Shown: positions 47,957 through 58,197, counted from the first letter of the stretch. The stretch: DNA of 64,000 bases from an uncultured Bacillota bacterium (GCA_963804645.1 CAWDRG010000009.1:1024001-1088000), one strand, 5' to 3'. Numbers and translations are program-made. Notes: generated by a model from the sequence alone, not told the origin.

Positions 47957-49125
47957 TCGAGATGGCCACGGGCGGGCGTCAGGCAGGTGAGAATCCGCTG
48001 CGGGTCCTGCGCGCGGCGGGGCAGAGCGTCTGGCTGGACTTCATCGACCGGCCGCTGCTGCGCTCGGGCGAGCTCGCGCGTCTGATCCGCGACGACGGGC
48101 TGTCCGGCATGACCAGCAATCCGACGATCTTCGAGCGGGCGATCGCCTCGAGCGCCGACTACGACGCCGAGATCGCGGGGATGACCGAGCGCGGCCGGAG
48201 TTCCGTGGAGATCTACGAGACGCTCGTCGTCGCCGACATCCAGGCGGCTGCGGACGCGCTCCGTCCGGTGTACGATGAGGCCCGGGGCCGGGACGGGTAC
48301 GTCTCGGTGGAAGTGTCGCCGCTGCTCGCGTACGACACCCCAGGCACGATCGAGGAGGCCCGGCGGTGGTCGTCCCTGATCGGCCGTCCGAACCTCATGG
48401 TGAAGATCCCGGCGACGGTGGAGGGGATTCCGGCGATCGAGGAGATGATCGCCGAGGGGCGCAACATCAACGTGACCCTGATCTTTTCGATCGAGATGTA
48501 CCGGCGCGTGATCGACGCCTACCTGCGCGGGCTGGAGCGGCGGGCGGCGCTCGGCGGCAGCCTCGCCGAGACCGCGTCCGTGGCGAGCTTCTTCGTCAGC
48601 CGGATCGATACCGAGGTGGACCAGCAGCTCGAGGCGCGCGTCAAGGGCGCCCGGCCCGCGCAGGCCGAGCGGATTCGCGCGCTGTTCGGCAAGGCCGCGA
48701 TCGCGAACGCGAAGCTGGCGTACCAGGCGTTCCGGGACGCGTTTGGCACGGCGCGGTTTGCCGCGCTCGCCGCCCGGGGCGCGCAGGTGCAGCGGCCGCT
48801 GTGGGCCAGCACGAGCACGAAGAACCCGGCCTACCCGGACCTCTTGTACGCCGAGGCGCTGGTGGGGCCCGACACCGTGGACACGATGCCGCCGGCCACG
48901 CTCGCCGCGTTCCGCGATCACGGCCGCGTGGCTCCCCGTGCCGTGATGGACGGGCTCGACGAAGCCCGGGACGTGGTGCGCCGCCTGGGCCCCGCCGGCG
49001 TGCGCCTCGACGAGATTACGGCGCTGCTGCTCGACAAAGGGGTCCAGGCGTTCGCGGACTCGTTCACGCAGCTGCTGGCCAGCATCGACAAGAAGCGCGC
49101 GGCAGCCGCCGCGGCGCCGCGCTGA
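47953..49125 (+). CDS. tal: Transaldolase (type 2)
   Basis: [41 protein letters not shown]. Confidence 0.96.
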   Translation: MIEMATGGRQAGENPLRVLRAAGQSVWLDFIDRPLLRSGELARLIRDDGLSGMTSNPTIFERAIASSADYDAEIAGMTERGRSSVEIYETLVVADIQAAADALRPVYDEARGRDGYVSVEVSPLLAYDTPGTIEEARRWSSLIGRPNLMVKIPATVEGIPAIEEMIAEGRNINVTLIFSIEMYRRVIDAYLRGLERRAALGGSLAETASVASFFVSRIDTEVDQQLEARVKGARPAQAERIRALFGKAAIANAKLAYQAFRDAFGTARFAALAARGAQVQRPLWASTSTKNPAYPDLLYAEALVGPDTVDTMPPATLAAFRDHGRVAPRAVMDGLDEARDVVRRLGPAGVRLDEITALLLDKGVQAFADSFTQLLASIDKKRAAAAAAPR

Positions 49126-49171
49126 GCGGGTCGGTCTGCGGACCACGGGGATGACGGAAGGGGGTCCATCG

Positions 49172-50068
49172 ATGAAAGTCGGATTTGTCGGGTTCGGCCG
49201 CATGGCCGGCAACATGGTGACGAGGATCCAGCAGCGAGGCCACGAGGCGGCGGTCTACGCGCGGCGTCCCGAGGTGCGCGCGGAGGTGGCCGCGAAGGGC
49301 GCGGTGCCGGCGGCGTCGGTCGCCGAGCTGGTCGAGAAGCTGGCTCCGCCGCGGGTGGTGTGGATGATGGTGCCCGCCGGTGACGCGGTGGAGCAGACGA
49401 TCGCGGACGTGACCCCGCGGCTCGTCAAGGGCGACATTCTCGTGGACGGCGGCAACTCCAACTACCACGACACGATCCGCCGGGCGGCCGCGGCGAAGGC
49501 GAAGGGCATCTCGTACCTCGACGCGGGCACGAGCGGCGGGATCTGGGGCTTGCAGGTCGGCTACTGCATGATGGTCGGCGGCGAGCCGGACGCCGTCCGG
49601 GTCGTCGAGCCGGTGTTCCGGGCGCTCGCGCCCGAGGGGGGGTACCTGCACGTCGGGCCGAGCGGCGCCGGCCACTACGTCAAGATGATCCACAACGGCA
49701 TCGAGTACGGGATGCTGCAGGCGTACGCCGAGGGCTTCGCGGTGCTGCACGCGGCGCCGTTCAAGTTCGACCTCCGCGCGATCAGCGGGATGTGGAACCA
49801 CGGCAGCGTCGTGCGGTCCTGGCTGCTCGAGCTCGCGGAGCGGGCGTTCGCCGACGATCCGGAGATCAGCCGGATCAAGGGCTACGTCGCGGACTCGGGG
49901 GAGGGGCGCTGGACGGTGCAGGAGGCGATCGATCGCGACGTCCCGGCCCCGGTGATCACGCTCTCCCTGCTGCAGCGCCTGCGCTCGCGCGAGGACGAGA
50001 ACTTCGGTGACAAAGTGATCGCGGCCCTCCGCAATCAGTTCGGCGGGCACGCGGTCAAATCTGAGTAG
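49172..50068 (+). CDS. gnd: 6-phosphogluconate dehydrogenase, short (YqeC-like) type
   Basis: GFGRM, DGGNS, GTSGG, KMIHNGIEYG, DSGEGRW, RNQFGGH. Confidence 0.96.
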   Translation: MKVGFVGFGRMAGNMVTRIQQRGHEAAVYARRPEVRAEVAAKGAVPAASVAELVEKLAPPRVVWMMVPAGDAVEQTIADVTPRLVKGDILVDGGNSNYHDTIRRAAAAKAKGISYLDAGTSGGIWGLQVGYCMMVGGEPDAVRVVEPVFRALAPEGGYLHVGPSGAGHYVKMIHNGIEYGMLQAYAEGFAVLHAAPFKFDLRAISGMWNHGSVVRSWLLELAERAFADDPEISRIKGYVADSGEGRWTVQEAIDRDVPAPVITLSLLQRLRSREDENFGDKVIAALRNQFGGHAVKSE

Positions 50069-50072
50069 CCCC

Positions 50073-51611
50073 ATGAGCTATCCCGCATCCGCACTGCCCG
50101 AGGGCGTCCGGCCCCGCCGGACCCCGGATCCGTGCGCCGTCGTGATCTTCGGGGTTACCGGCGACCTGGCGCACCGCATGCTGATGCCGTCCCTGTTCCG
50201 GCTGTCGCGCCTCGGCAGAATCGCGCCGAACTGCGCGGTGGTCGGGTACGCGCGGCGCCCCAAGACGAATGAGGCGTTTCGCGAGGAGATGGCGACGACC
50301 GTGCTCGGGGCGTCTCCGTCCGAGGCCGATCTCGCGGCGTGGAAGGCGTTCGCGCCCGGGCTCTCGTACGTGCAGGCGGAGTTCGAGGACAGGCTGGGCT
50401 ACGAGCGCCTCAAGGCGGAGCTCGACCGGCTGGACCGCGAGCGGGGCACGGAGTCGAACCGCGTCTTCTACTTGGCGACCGCCCCCGAGTACTACGGCAT
50501 CATCGTCGAGTCGCTCTTGGAGCACGGGCTCGTGACGCGGCCGCCGTCCGCCGCGTCGGTGCGGCCGTGGAGCCGCATCATCGTGGAGAAGCCGTTCGGC
50601 CGCGACCTCGCGAGCGCGCGCGAGCTGAATCAGACGCTGCTGCAGACGTTCGACGAGAACCAGATCTACCGGATCGATCACTACCTCGGCAAAGAGACCG
50701 TGCAGAACATCCTCGTGTTCCGGTTCGCGAACGGCATTTTCGAGCCGATCTGGAACCAGCACTTCATCGACCACGTCCAGATCACGGTCGCCGAGGGCGT
50801 CGGCGTGGAAGGGCGGGCCGGATTCTACGAGACGGCCGGAGTGGTGCGCGACATCATCCAGAACCACATGATGCAGCTGCTGGCGCTCGTCGCGATGGAG
50901 GCGCCGGTGGTGTTCGAGGCGGACGAGGTCCGCGAGGAGAAGGTGAAAGTGCTGCGGTCGGTGCGCCGGTATACGCCGGACGACGTCGACCGGTACGTGA
51001 TCTTCGGACAGTACACCGCCGGGCACCTCGGGGGGATCGACGTGCCGGGCTACCTGTCGGAGGCGCGCGTGGCGCCGGACTCGCGCACGCCCACGTTCGT
51101 CGCGATGCGCGTCTTTCTCGACAACTGGCGGTGGGCCGGGGTGCCGTTCTACCTCCGCTCGGGGAAGCGCATGCCCCGGCGCGTGACGGAGATCGACGTG
51201 CAGTTCAAGCGCGCGCCGCTCCGGCTGTTTCGCGACGGCGGCCGCGAACCGAATCTGCTCACGCTCAACATTCAGCCCGACGAGGGCATCTCGCTCAAGT
51301 TTGTCGCGAAGGCGCCGGGCAGCCTGATGACGCTGCAGCCCGTCGAGATGGGGTTCGAGTACGAGAAGGCGTTCGACCACGCCGAGGCGCTGTCCGCGTA
51401 CGAGCGCCTGCTGCTCGACTGCATGGTGGGTGATCCGACGCTGTTCACCCGCCGCGACGAGGTGGAGGAGGCGTGGGAGCTCCTCCAGCTTCCCCTGACG
51501 CACTGGGATACCTCGACGGCCTCGCCCCACCCGTACAAGGCGGGCACGTGGGGCCCGGACGCCGCGCGCGTGCTGATCGAGCGCGACGGGCGCCGCTGGC
51601 GGCCCTCCTGA
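50073..51611 (+). CDS. zwf: Glucose-6-phosphate 1-dehydrogenase
   Basis: FGVTGDL, EKPFG, RIDHYLGKE, RDIIQNH, WAGVPFYLRSGK. Confidence 0.97.
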   Translation: MSYPASALPEGVRPRRTPDPCAVVIFGVTGDLAHRMLMPSLFRLSRLGRIAPNCAVVGYARRPKTNEAFREEMATTVLGASPSEADLAAWKAFAPGLSYVQAEFEDRLGYERLKAELDRLDRERGTESNRVFYLATAPEYYGIIVESLLEHGLVTRPPSAASVRPWSRIIVEKPFGRDLASARELNQTLLQTFDENQIYRIDHYLGKETVQNILVFRFANGIFEPIWNQHFIDHVQITVAEGVGVEGRAGFYETAGVVRDIIQNHMMQLLALVAMEAPVVFEADEVREEKVKVLRSVRRYTPDDVDRYVIFGQYTAGHLGGIDVPGYLSEARVAPDSRTPTFVAMRVFLDNWRWAGVPFYLRSGKRMPRRVTEIDVQFKRAPLRLFRDGGREPNLLTLNIQPDEGISLKFVAKAPGSLMTLQPVEMGFEYEKAFDHAEALSAYERLLLDCMVGDPTLFTRRDEVEEAWELLQLPLTHWDTSTASPHPYKAGTWGPDAARVLIERDGRRWRPS

Positions 51612-51860
51612 TCAGCTCACGCACGGGGCGCCGCCCTGGGACGCGCGGCGGCTCATCGGGTCCGGCTACAGCCGCATGGCATGGAGACGTGGCGGGAGCC
51701 GTCTTCCTCCACGCGGCGAGTGAGCCGATCCGGGCGCGCCGCAGGCGAACCCACCGAAGGAAGGGAGTTGACGCCCCGCCGCCGCATTAGGGCTGCGGGT
51801 GGTGGAATGAAGGCCCTCGGCGGCGGCCCTGGGAAAATGCTGTCGGCGGAGGTAGGATGG

Positions 51861-52724
51861 ATGCGGATTGAAATTGTGCTTGGCGGCGAAGTGTTTCATG
51901 CCACGCTGTTCACCGATTCAGCGCCAAAGACAGCAGGCGCGATGATCAAGGCGCTTCCATTTGAGGGGCGCGCCGTGCACGCGCAGCTCAGCGGCGAGAT
52001 GTTCCGGATGTTCGATCACGCCCCGATCGACGTCGAAGACACGGAGAACCGTGAGTCCTTTCAGTACCCCGGCGAGATCGTGTATTTTCCGCCCATCAAG
52101 GAGATCGCGATTGCGTATGGGGCGGCGCGTTTTCGGGGCACCGCGAGCCCGGTGTACTTGACGCCGCTCGGGGTGATCGATGAGCACGAGATTCCCCGGC
52201 TGGCAAAGGTGGCCGAGCGGTTGCAGTGGGACGGGGCCAAGCCGATCCAATTCCGCCGCGCACAAGGTGCGCCGGCAGCGCCCGCCGTCGAGGCAGCTGG
52301 GCGCCAGATCGTACTCGACATGGATGGGGCCTCGACCGTGGCGTCGCTCCTGGATCTCGCCCCTAAGACCGTTGAGGGGCTCTGGAACGTGCTTCCGCTC
52401 ACTGGACAGGTGACCAACACGACGTGGAGCGGCCAGATGCTGCGCTTCTGGGGCAGCGATGGCAAGCGCGGGGAAGTCCCCATGAAGATCGAGGCTCCGG
52501 AACACGGCGAGGTGCTGCACTGGCCGGGGTACGTGTACTACTACCCGGGGTTACGGGGCATTCGCCTGTGCTATGGACAGGGGCAGTATAGCGGCCCCAC
52601 GAGCGTGTTGACGCTGACGCCCCTCGCCAAGCTCACTGGCGACTGGAGTGCGTTCCGCAAGAAAGCCGCAGCGATCATGTTCGAAGGCGCGAAGACGATG
52701 ACGATACGTCGTAAGGAGGGATAG
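51861..52724 (+). CDS. Tandem two-domain DUF3830/cyclophilin-like protein
   Basis: Two copies of APKT...LP...(H/N)xxxSG...PGxxxY(F/Y)P...EI/GI...YG. Confidence 0.75.
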   Translation: MRIEIVLGGEVFHATLFTDSAPKTAGAMIKALPFEGRAVHAQLSGEMFRMFDHAPIDVEDTENRESFQYPGEIVYFPPIKEIAIAYGAARFRGTASPVYLTPLGVIDEHEIPRLAKVAERLQWDGAKPIQFRRAQGAPAAPAVEAAGRQIVLDMDGASTVASLLDLAPKTVEGLWNVLPLTGQVTNTTWSGQMLRFWGSDGKRGEVPMKIEAPEHGEVLHWPGYVYYYPGLRGIRLCYGQGQYSGPTSVLTLTPLAKLTGDWSAFRKKAAAIMFEGAKTMTIRRKEG

Positions 52725-52726
52725 CC

Positions 52727-53137
52727 TTGGAATTGCAGTTGGAGCTCTCCGGGGTGACCGGCCGGGTCGCTCTGTTTGAAGACAAGGCGCCCCGGACGGT
52801 CCGGGCGCTGTGGGCGGCGCTGCCGATCGCCGATCGCGGTGTGCAGGTGAAATGGTCGGGCGACGCGTGGCGCACTGAGGGCGACTATGACATCGGCGTC
52901 ACCGAGGTGGAGAACGAGGGCCACGTGCTCGCTCCCGGGGACCTGATCTATTACCCTCGGATGAAGAAGATTGGGCTCGCCTACGGGCGCGCCGAGTGGC
53001 GGCATCCCGACCTGTCAATCGTGCTGCACGTGTCCGTGATCGGCAAGGTGACGACAAACCTCGACGCACTGATCCAGGCGAGCACGCGCGTCTGGATGGA
53101 GGGTGCCCAGCCCATTCGGTTGAGCCGTGTGGGTTAA
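52727..53137 (+). CDS. Single-domain DUF3830/cyclophilin-like protein
   Basis: APRTVRALWAALP, WSG, EN, PGDLIYYP, LAYG; AAGGAGG RBS before TTG. Confidence 0.75.
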   Translation: MELQLELSGVTGRVALFEDKAPRTVRALWAALPIADRGVQVKWSGDAWRTEGDYDIGVTEVENEGHVLAPGDLIYYPRMKKIGLAYGRAEWRHPDLSIVLHVSVIGKVTTNLDALIQASTRVWMEGAQPIRLSRVG

Positions 53138-53396
53138 CGGTCCGGTCTGACGCGGGAGGCGACAGTCCCCGCCGCTCACGGCTGCATCCCTGGGCGACGC
53201 TGTACGACAGCGGCGCCCAGAACCGTCTTCATCACCCGCGCTGCCCGGGGTTCAGCGCGCCCCGGATGCCGCAAGCCCGGCCTCGTCAAGAGTAGAAGAT
53301 CTGCCGCTCGTTGACGTGCGCGCAGCCGCTGGCCCCGACGCCGAGCGTCCCCAGCGGGCAGGTGTTTGCCGGTGGTGCCCTCCGCCTGCACGGACC

Positions 53397-54056
53397 CTAC
53401 ACGTCCCGAATGCGGACGCGGCGCAGCCACGCCTCGACCTGCGCGAGCGGACGGACCCGCGCGTACTTCTGCGCCATGTCAAACAGGTTCATCCGGTGGG
53501 GAGTGTCAGCGCGGTCGAATACGCATTCCTCCACGACGACCGTCCGGAACCGATAGTCATGCGCGTCGACCACGGAGGCCCGGACGCACCCGCTGGTCGT
53601 GCAGCCGGTGACCAGAACCGTGTCGACGCCAAGCCCGACGAGCTGCCCGGCGAGCGGAGTCCCGAAGAACGCGCTGGCCGCGGCCTTCTGATACACGGCC
53701 TCGCCGCGGCGGGGTGCGAGGGGATGGACGATCTCCGTGCCGATGCGGGCCTCATGCCGTGTGACGTCCGATGTCTTCGGAAACCCGCGTGTGTATATCA
53801 CGGGCACCCCGCGGCCCCGCGCGACGCGCAGCAGCCGCGCGATCTTGGGGATGCTGCGCCATGCCACCTCGCCGCAGCTGTTCCGAAATTTCGCGATGGA
53901 GGCGAGAATCGGCTCCGGCCGGTCCCCGGTGAAGTTGTACTCCATGTCGACGACCAGCACGGCGGGCCGCCGGCCTTCACGCGGCAAGCGCCCATAGCCG
54001 GCGCGTCTGTACACTTCGAGTTCGTCGGCCTCGATGAGTCCATCCCACGCCTGCAT
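53397..54056 (-). CDS. Isochorismatase-family cysteine hydrolase (N-carbamoylsarcosine/maleamate amidase-like)
   Basis: VLVVD, K...SAFFGT, GCTTSGCVRASVVDA, FDR, FDMAQKY. Confidence 0.92.
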   Translation of the reverse strand: MQAWDGLIEADELEVYRRAGYGRLPREGRRPAVLVVDMEYNFTGDRPEPILASIAKFRNSCGEVAWRSIPKIARLLRVARGRGVPVIYTRGFPKTSDVTRHEARIGTEIVHPLAPRRGEAVYQKAAASAFFGTPLAGQLVGLGVDTVLVTGCTTSGCVRASVVDAHDYRFRTVVVEECVFDRADTPHRMNLFDMAQKYARVRPLAQVEAWLRRVRIRDV

Positions 54057-54110
54057 TTCGCGACTCCCCTCACGATCCGCTCGTTGGGTACGGTGTGCGC
54101 CCGCGACCCG

Positions 54111-54593
54111 TCAGCACGCTGCGGCCGCCACGGGCAGGCTCAGCGGGCCCGCGGCCGCGCGTCTCGCGCCGACGTCAATCACCTGCTGCTCGATCTTCGC
54201 GTAGAGCTGCTTCCGCACGTTGCGGTCGCAGGTGGAGTTGGCGTCGTCGAGCATCTTGTCCGTGACGTGGTCGTCCGACATCCATTCGACGAACTGATGC
54301 ATGCCGCTGCCGACCGGGTGCCGGCCGAGATCCTTCCCGTATTTCTGCCATGCCGCGGGGGACACGATGAAGCCCGGCCGCTCGACGAGTACCCCCATGA
54401 CGCCCGCGTACGGCCTTTTTAGATGAAAGACGACGGTCGTCGGCCCCTGCGCCTCGCAGCTGGCCAAAAACGGCGAGGGCTGCTTGCCCTGCGGCGAGTT
54501 GTTGGCCGGGTCTAGCATGAAGTCGATGTTCCACTTCACCCACGGATTGGTCATGGGACATGCCTCGCGGGTCGATCGAATGTCCACGTGCAT
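54111..54593 (-). pseudogene. Internally deleted family-5 peptide ABC substrate-binding gene
   Basis: VKWNID, TVVFHLKRPY, HPVGSG..FVEW..DHVT joined directly to DKMLDDA...RKQLYAKIEQ; no signal peptide and the middle is missing. Confidence 0.75.
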
Positions 54594-54879
54594 CGCGTTC
54601 CTCTCGGATGATTATAACAGGCGCCTCTTGGTACCATGCCCTGCGTGGCCTCCGATAGGTGCCCGGTTACCGCTTTTGAAAAGTAGTTGCAAAGTTCCGC
54701 GGCGGGCACACCAGGATCTGGCGTACTTCGCCGGTCGATACGCCCGCATGTCGTTGAGTTCGATGTTCGGCTTACACGTCCGTGAGAGCAAACTCTGGAA
54801 CGGCGTATATCCGACGCGGTCGCTGGGACAACGGTGTGCATCGGTGTCCCCACCTGCCGGCCGCCGCGCCGTGCGCGCG

Positions 54880-55980
54880 TCAGTCGCCCAGGAGGACCGC
54901 GGACAGGGCGTCGACGAACCGGGCGTTCTCGGCGGGCGTGCCGATCGTGATGCGCGCCCAGGTCGGCAGCCGCCAAAGGCGGCCGGGCCGGATGATGACG
55001 CCGCGCGGGAGGAGACGCGTCGCGACATCGGCGGCGGGCTGCCCCAGATTCACGAGGATGAAGTTTGCCTGGGTCGGCAGATGCTCGAGGTCCATCTCGG
55101 TGAACGCCCGCGCGAGGAACGCCTTCCCGGTCCGGTTATTCTCGAAGGCGGCGTGCCGGTACGCGTCGTCCTCAAGAACCGCCAGCGCGCCCGCCTGCGC
55201 GAGCCGGTCGACCGCGAACGGCTCCCGCACCTGGTTCATCGACGCGATGAGCTCCGGATCGGCGATTGCGTAGCCGACGCGCAGGCCGGCGAGCCCGTAG
55301 ATCTTCGAAAACGTCCTGAGCACAATGAGATTGCGGTGGCGGCGCACCAGCGCCACCGCGTCGGGGAACGCGGGGTCGTCCGCCCACTCCCCGTAGGCCT
55401 CGTCCATCACGACGAGCGTGTCGTCGGAGACGCGCGCCAGCAGCGTCTCGGCCTCGGCGTGCGTGATGATCGAGCCGGTCGGATTATTCGGGTTGCAGAC
55501 GATCACGGCCTTCGCGCCGTCGGACGCGTCCGCCATCGCCCCGACGTCGAACCGCCAGCCCGCGAGCGGCACCTCGATCGGGATCGCGTCGAGCAGCAGC
55601 GCGAGCGCCGCGTACGCCGTGTACGTCGGCGCGCCGATCACCACCCGGTCACCGGCGTCCAGACACGCGAGCCCCAGGCACGTCAGCACGTTGTCGACGC
55701 CGTTCGCGAAGAAGAGATGTGAGGGGGTCACGCCGAGCCGCGCGGCGACGGCCCCGCGCAGCTCCGTGCATTCGGGATCGGGGTAGTGGTGGATCCGGTC
55801 GATCGCGTCCACGAGGGCCTGTCTGACGCGCGGCGAGACGCCGAGCGGGTTTTCGTTGCTGCCGAGCTTCACGACGTCGGCGAGATGGTAGCGTGCCTTA
55901 ATGTCCTCGGCGGAGAGCCCGGGGATGTACGGCTCGATCGCCGCGAGGGCCTTGCGCGCGAACGGACGCGGCTTGCTCAC
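54880..55980 (-). CDS. hisC: Histidinol-phosphate aminotransferase
   Basis: PYIPG, KLGSNENPLG, YPD, NPNNPTG, DEAY, RTFSKIYGLAGLRVG. Confidence 0.93.
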   Translation of the reverse strand: MSKPRPFARKALAAIEPYIPGLSAEDIKARYHLADVVKLGSNENPLGVSPRVRQALVDAIDRIHHYPDPECTELRGAVAARLGVTPSHLFFANGVDNVLTCLGLACLDAGDRVVIGAPTYTAYAALALLLDAIPIEVPLAGWRFDVGAMADASDGAKAVIVCNPNNPTGSIITHAEAETLLARVSDDTLVVMDEAYGEWADDPAFPDAVALVRRHRNLIVLRTFSKIYGLAGLRVGYAIADPELIASMNQVREPFAVDRLAQAGALAVLEDDAYRHAAFENNRTGKAFLARAFTEMDLEHLPTQANFILVNLGQPAADVATRLLPRGVIIRPGRLWRLPTWARITIGTPAENARFVDALSAVLLGD

Positions 55981-56102
55981 GCGTGCTGACTCCTTCCGTG
56001 TGGTCCGTGGTCGTGGGCCGCGGCCGGCGATCTCGTGCGCTGGCGGTGAGGCCGCGCGTTCAGGGTACCGAGAAACTGCCCCCGGTGTCCAGGCCCCGCC
56101 GG

Positions 56103-56633
56103 TCAGCGCGTCCGCGCGCGCGTGACGCCGTTCACCACGAGCTCGGCGTACCGCCGCAGAGCCGCGGCGCCCGCCGTGCTCGTCAGTCCCGCGTGCGCCG
56201 CCCACTCGCGCAGCCGCTTGTCGGTCACCGATGCCACGGCGCTGGCGTACGCGGATGCGGGTTCGGCGACGCGGCCTCCGGGCGCGTGCGCCGCGGGATA
56301 GGCCAGGCGCCGGTCGAGCGCCCGAAGGAGGCGCCGGTGCTCGGCGCTGATCTCCCGCGCGGCGGCGGGCCGGGTGGGCTCGGGGGCCCGCGGGCGCCGG
56401 ACGCCCGCGGGATGGCCGAGGAGCGCGTCGAGCGGGACTCTCAGGACGTCGGACAGACGGACGAGGTCGGACAGGGGGATTCGCCGCTGGCCCATCTCGT
56501 AGCGGTCGATCGCGCTCGGGGAGCGGTCGAGCCGTGCGCCGAGCGCCGCCTGCGAGAGACCGGCGGCCTCCCTCAGCGCCCGCATCCGCTTTCCGAGCCG
56601 CGCATAGTACTGCTGGGATGAGGTCGTTGACAT
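56103..56633 (-). CDS. XRE-family HTH regulator
   Basis: RMRALREAAGLSQAALG, IDRYEMGQRRIP, LRVPLDALLG. Confidence 0.88.
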   Translation of the reverse strand: MSTTSSQQYYARLGKRMRALREAAGLSQAALGARLDRSPSAIDRYEMGQRRIPLSDLVRLSDVLRVPLDALLGHPAGVRRPRAPEPTRPAAAREISAEHRRLLRALDRRLAYPAAHAPGGRVAEPASAYASAVASVTDKRLREWAAHAGLTSTAGAAALRRYAELVVNGVTRARTR

Positions 56634-56745
56634 TTTGTCACGAGGAACATACCAAACTATTCAGACTATTGCAAGACATCCGTCAGACTGTTCAATGACA
56701 AATTGGTGAGAATGGATTGACAAATCGTCAAGTCATCGCTACGCT
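56628..56745. promoter_or_regulatory. Back-to-back sigma70 promoters with two TGAC-N5-GTCA operators
   Basis: Plus strand: TTGACA (56717-22), 17 nt, TACGCT (56740-45). Minus strand: TTGCAA (56674-69), 17 nt, TATGTT (56651-46). Palindromes at 56628-56640 and 56718-56730. Confidence 0.75.
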
Positions 56746-56788
56746 GGGCCCAGCCGGAACGGCCCGTACCATCGCGGGGAGCGCGCGA

Positions 56789-57238
56789 ATGCGAGTGCGT
56801 CTCAAGCGTGCAGCAGTCGAGATCGTCCTGGTGCGCCGCAACCTGACCAAGACCGCGCTCGCCCTCCATGCGGGGCTCCACCGGACGCACCTGTCCGACC
56901 TGCTCGCGGGGCGCACCGCCCCCGGGCCGCAGACGCGGCGCCGCTTGCTCGAAATTCTGGGCGGTGAGTTTGACGACTACTTCGAGATCGAGGAGCGGCG
57001 CGGCCGGGCGTCGGACGAGGAGCGGGTGCTGGCGGCGCTGGAGTTCCGCCGCGGGCAGGCCGGCGCGGCGGCGGCTGAGGCCCTGCGCCGTCTCATGTCG
57101 CTGTGCGGCGCGCTGCGGGCCGGGGTCCGGCTGGAAGCGGCCGACCGCGTGTGGATCGAGAGTGAGTGGAAGCACGCGCAGGCGGGACGGCGGACCGCGG
57201 TGGCAGGCCGGCGGGGGGCCCCGCGGCGGGCGAGGTAG
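56789..57238 (+). CDS. XRE/Cro-like HTH protein with C-terminal extension
   Basis: RRNLTKTALALHAGLHRTHLSDLLAGRTAPG...FDDYFEI; GGGGAG RBS before ATG 56789. Confidence 0.85.
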   Translation: MRVRLKRAAVEIVLVRRNLTKTALALHAGLHRTHLSDLLAGRTAPGPQTRRRLLEILGGEFDDYFEIEERRGRASDEERVLAALEFRRGQAGAAAAEALRRLMSLCGALRAGVRLEAADRVWIESEWKHAQAGRRTAVAGRRGAPRRAR

Positions 57239-57243
57239 TGCCG

Positions 57244-58197
57244 TCAGTCCGGGGAGACGCCGGACTCGAGGATGGTGACGATGCCCTGGGTGGCGTCGAG
57301 GCGCGCCCGCACCCCGACCGGCAGGGTGAGATGGTACGCGCCGTGTCCGCAGGCGAGACCGTAGATCGCCGGTTTGCCGAGTGGGACGATGCAGTCGTCC
57401 AGGATCTCGCGCAGCGCTAGGCTCGGCCCCGATTCCGCGGGATAGCGGCACTCGCCGATGATGATCCCGGTCACCTGCTCGAACACGCCCGCGAGCCGCA
57501 GGTGCGCGAGCTTGCGGTCGAGCCGGTAGAGCCGGTCGCCCAGGTCCTCGAGGAACAGAAGCCGTCCCCGAAACTCCGGTTGGTACGGCGTGCCGAGCAG
57601 CGCCGTCAGCAGCGCCGCGTTGCCCCCGATCAGCTCTCCCTCGGCCTCGCCCGCGACCAGCGTCTCGATCTGGGGCGCGCCCGGCGGATTGGCGAGCGCG
57701 CCGAGCGGCTCGGGCCGCGCGACCGCCCGGAGGCACTCGAGGAAATCGTGCGGGTCCGGTTGGGACAGCGCGGTCGTCATCGGTCCGTGGAACGTGACCA
57801 CGTGGCAGTGTGTGTGCAGGGCCAAGTGGAGCGCCGTGATGTCGCTGTATCCAATGAAGACTTTGGGATGGGCGCGGATCAGGTCGTAGTCGAGCGCGTC
57901 GAGCAGGCGGTGCGCGCCGTAGCCTCCGCGGATGCACAGGACCGCGTCCACGGAAGGATCGCCGAACATCACATGGAGATCCGCGACACGGCCGGCGTCG
58001 CTGCCGGCCAGATAACCCCGCGCGTCGAGCGCGTGCTCGGCGATGACGGTGCGGAATCCCACGCTGAGCAGGCGCCGCCGCGCGGCCTCGATGTGCTGCG
58101 GGGTGGTCGCCCCCGCGGCCGTCGTCGGGCCCGAGGGCGAGACGAGCCCGATCGTGTCGCCCGGAACGAGGCGCTTGGGCTTGCGAAGTGCGGGCAT
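57244..58197 (-). CDS. LD-carboxypeptidase (peptidase S66)
   Basis: PGDTIGLVSPS, RGGYG, GYSDIT, HGP, LFLED, CGH. Confidence 0.93.
   Translation of the reverse strand: MPALRKPKRLVPGDTIGLVSPSGPTTAAGATTPQHIEAARRRLLSVGFRTVIAEHALDARGYLAGSDAGRVADLHVMFGDPSVDAVLCIRGGYGAHRLLDALDYDLIRAHPKVFIGYSDITALHLALHTHCHVVTFHGPMTTALSQPDPHDFLECLRAVARPEPLGALANPPGAPQIETLVAGEAEGELIGGNAALLTALLGTPYQPEFRGRLLFLEDLGDRLYRLDRKLAHLRLAGVFEQVTGIIIGECRYPAESGPSLALREILDDCIVPLGKPAIYGLACGHGAYHLTLPVGVRARLDATQGIVTILESGVSPD

Noticed and set aside
56103..57238. Prophage or toxin-antitoxin module
   Set aside because: No integrase, replication, structural or toxin-like gene in the window; the flanks are housekeeping genes.
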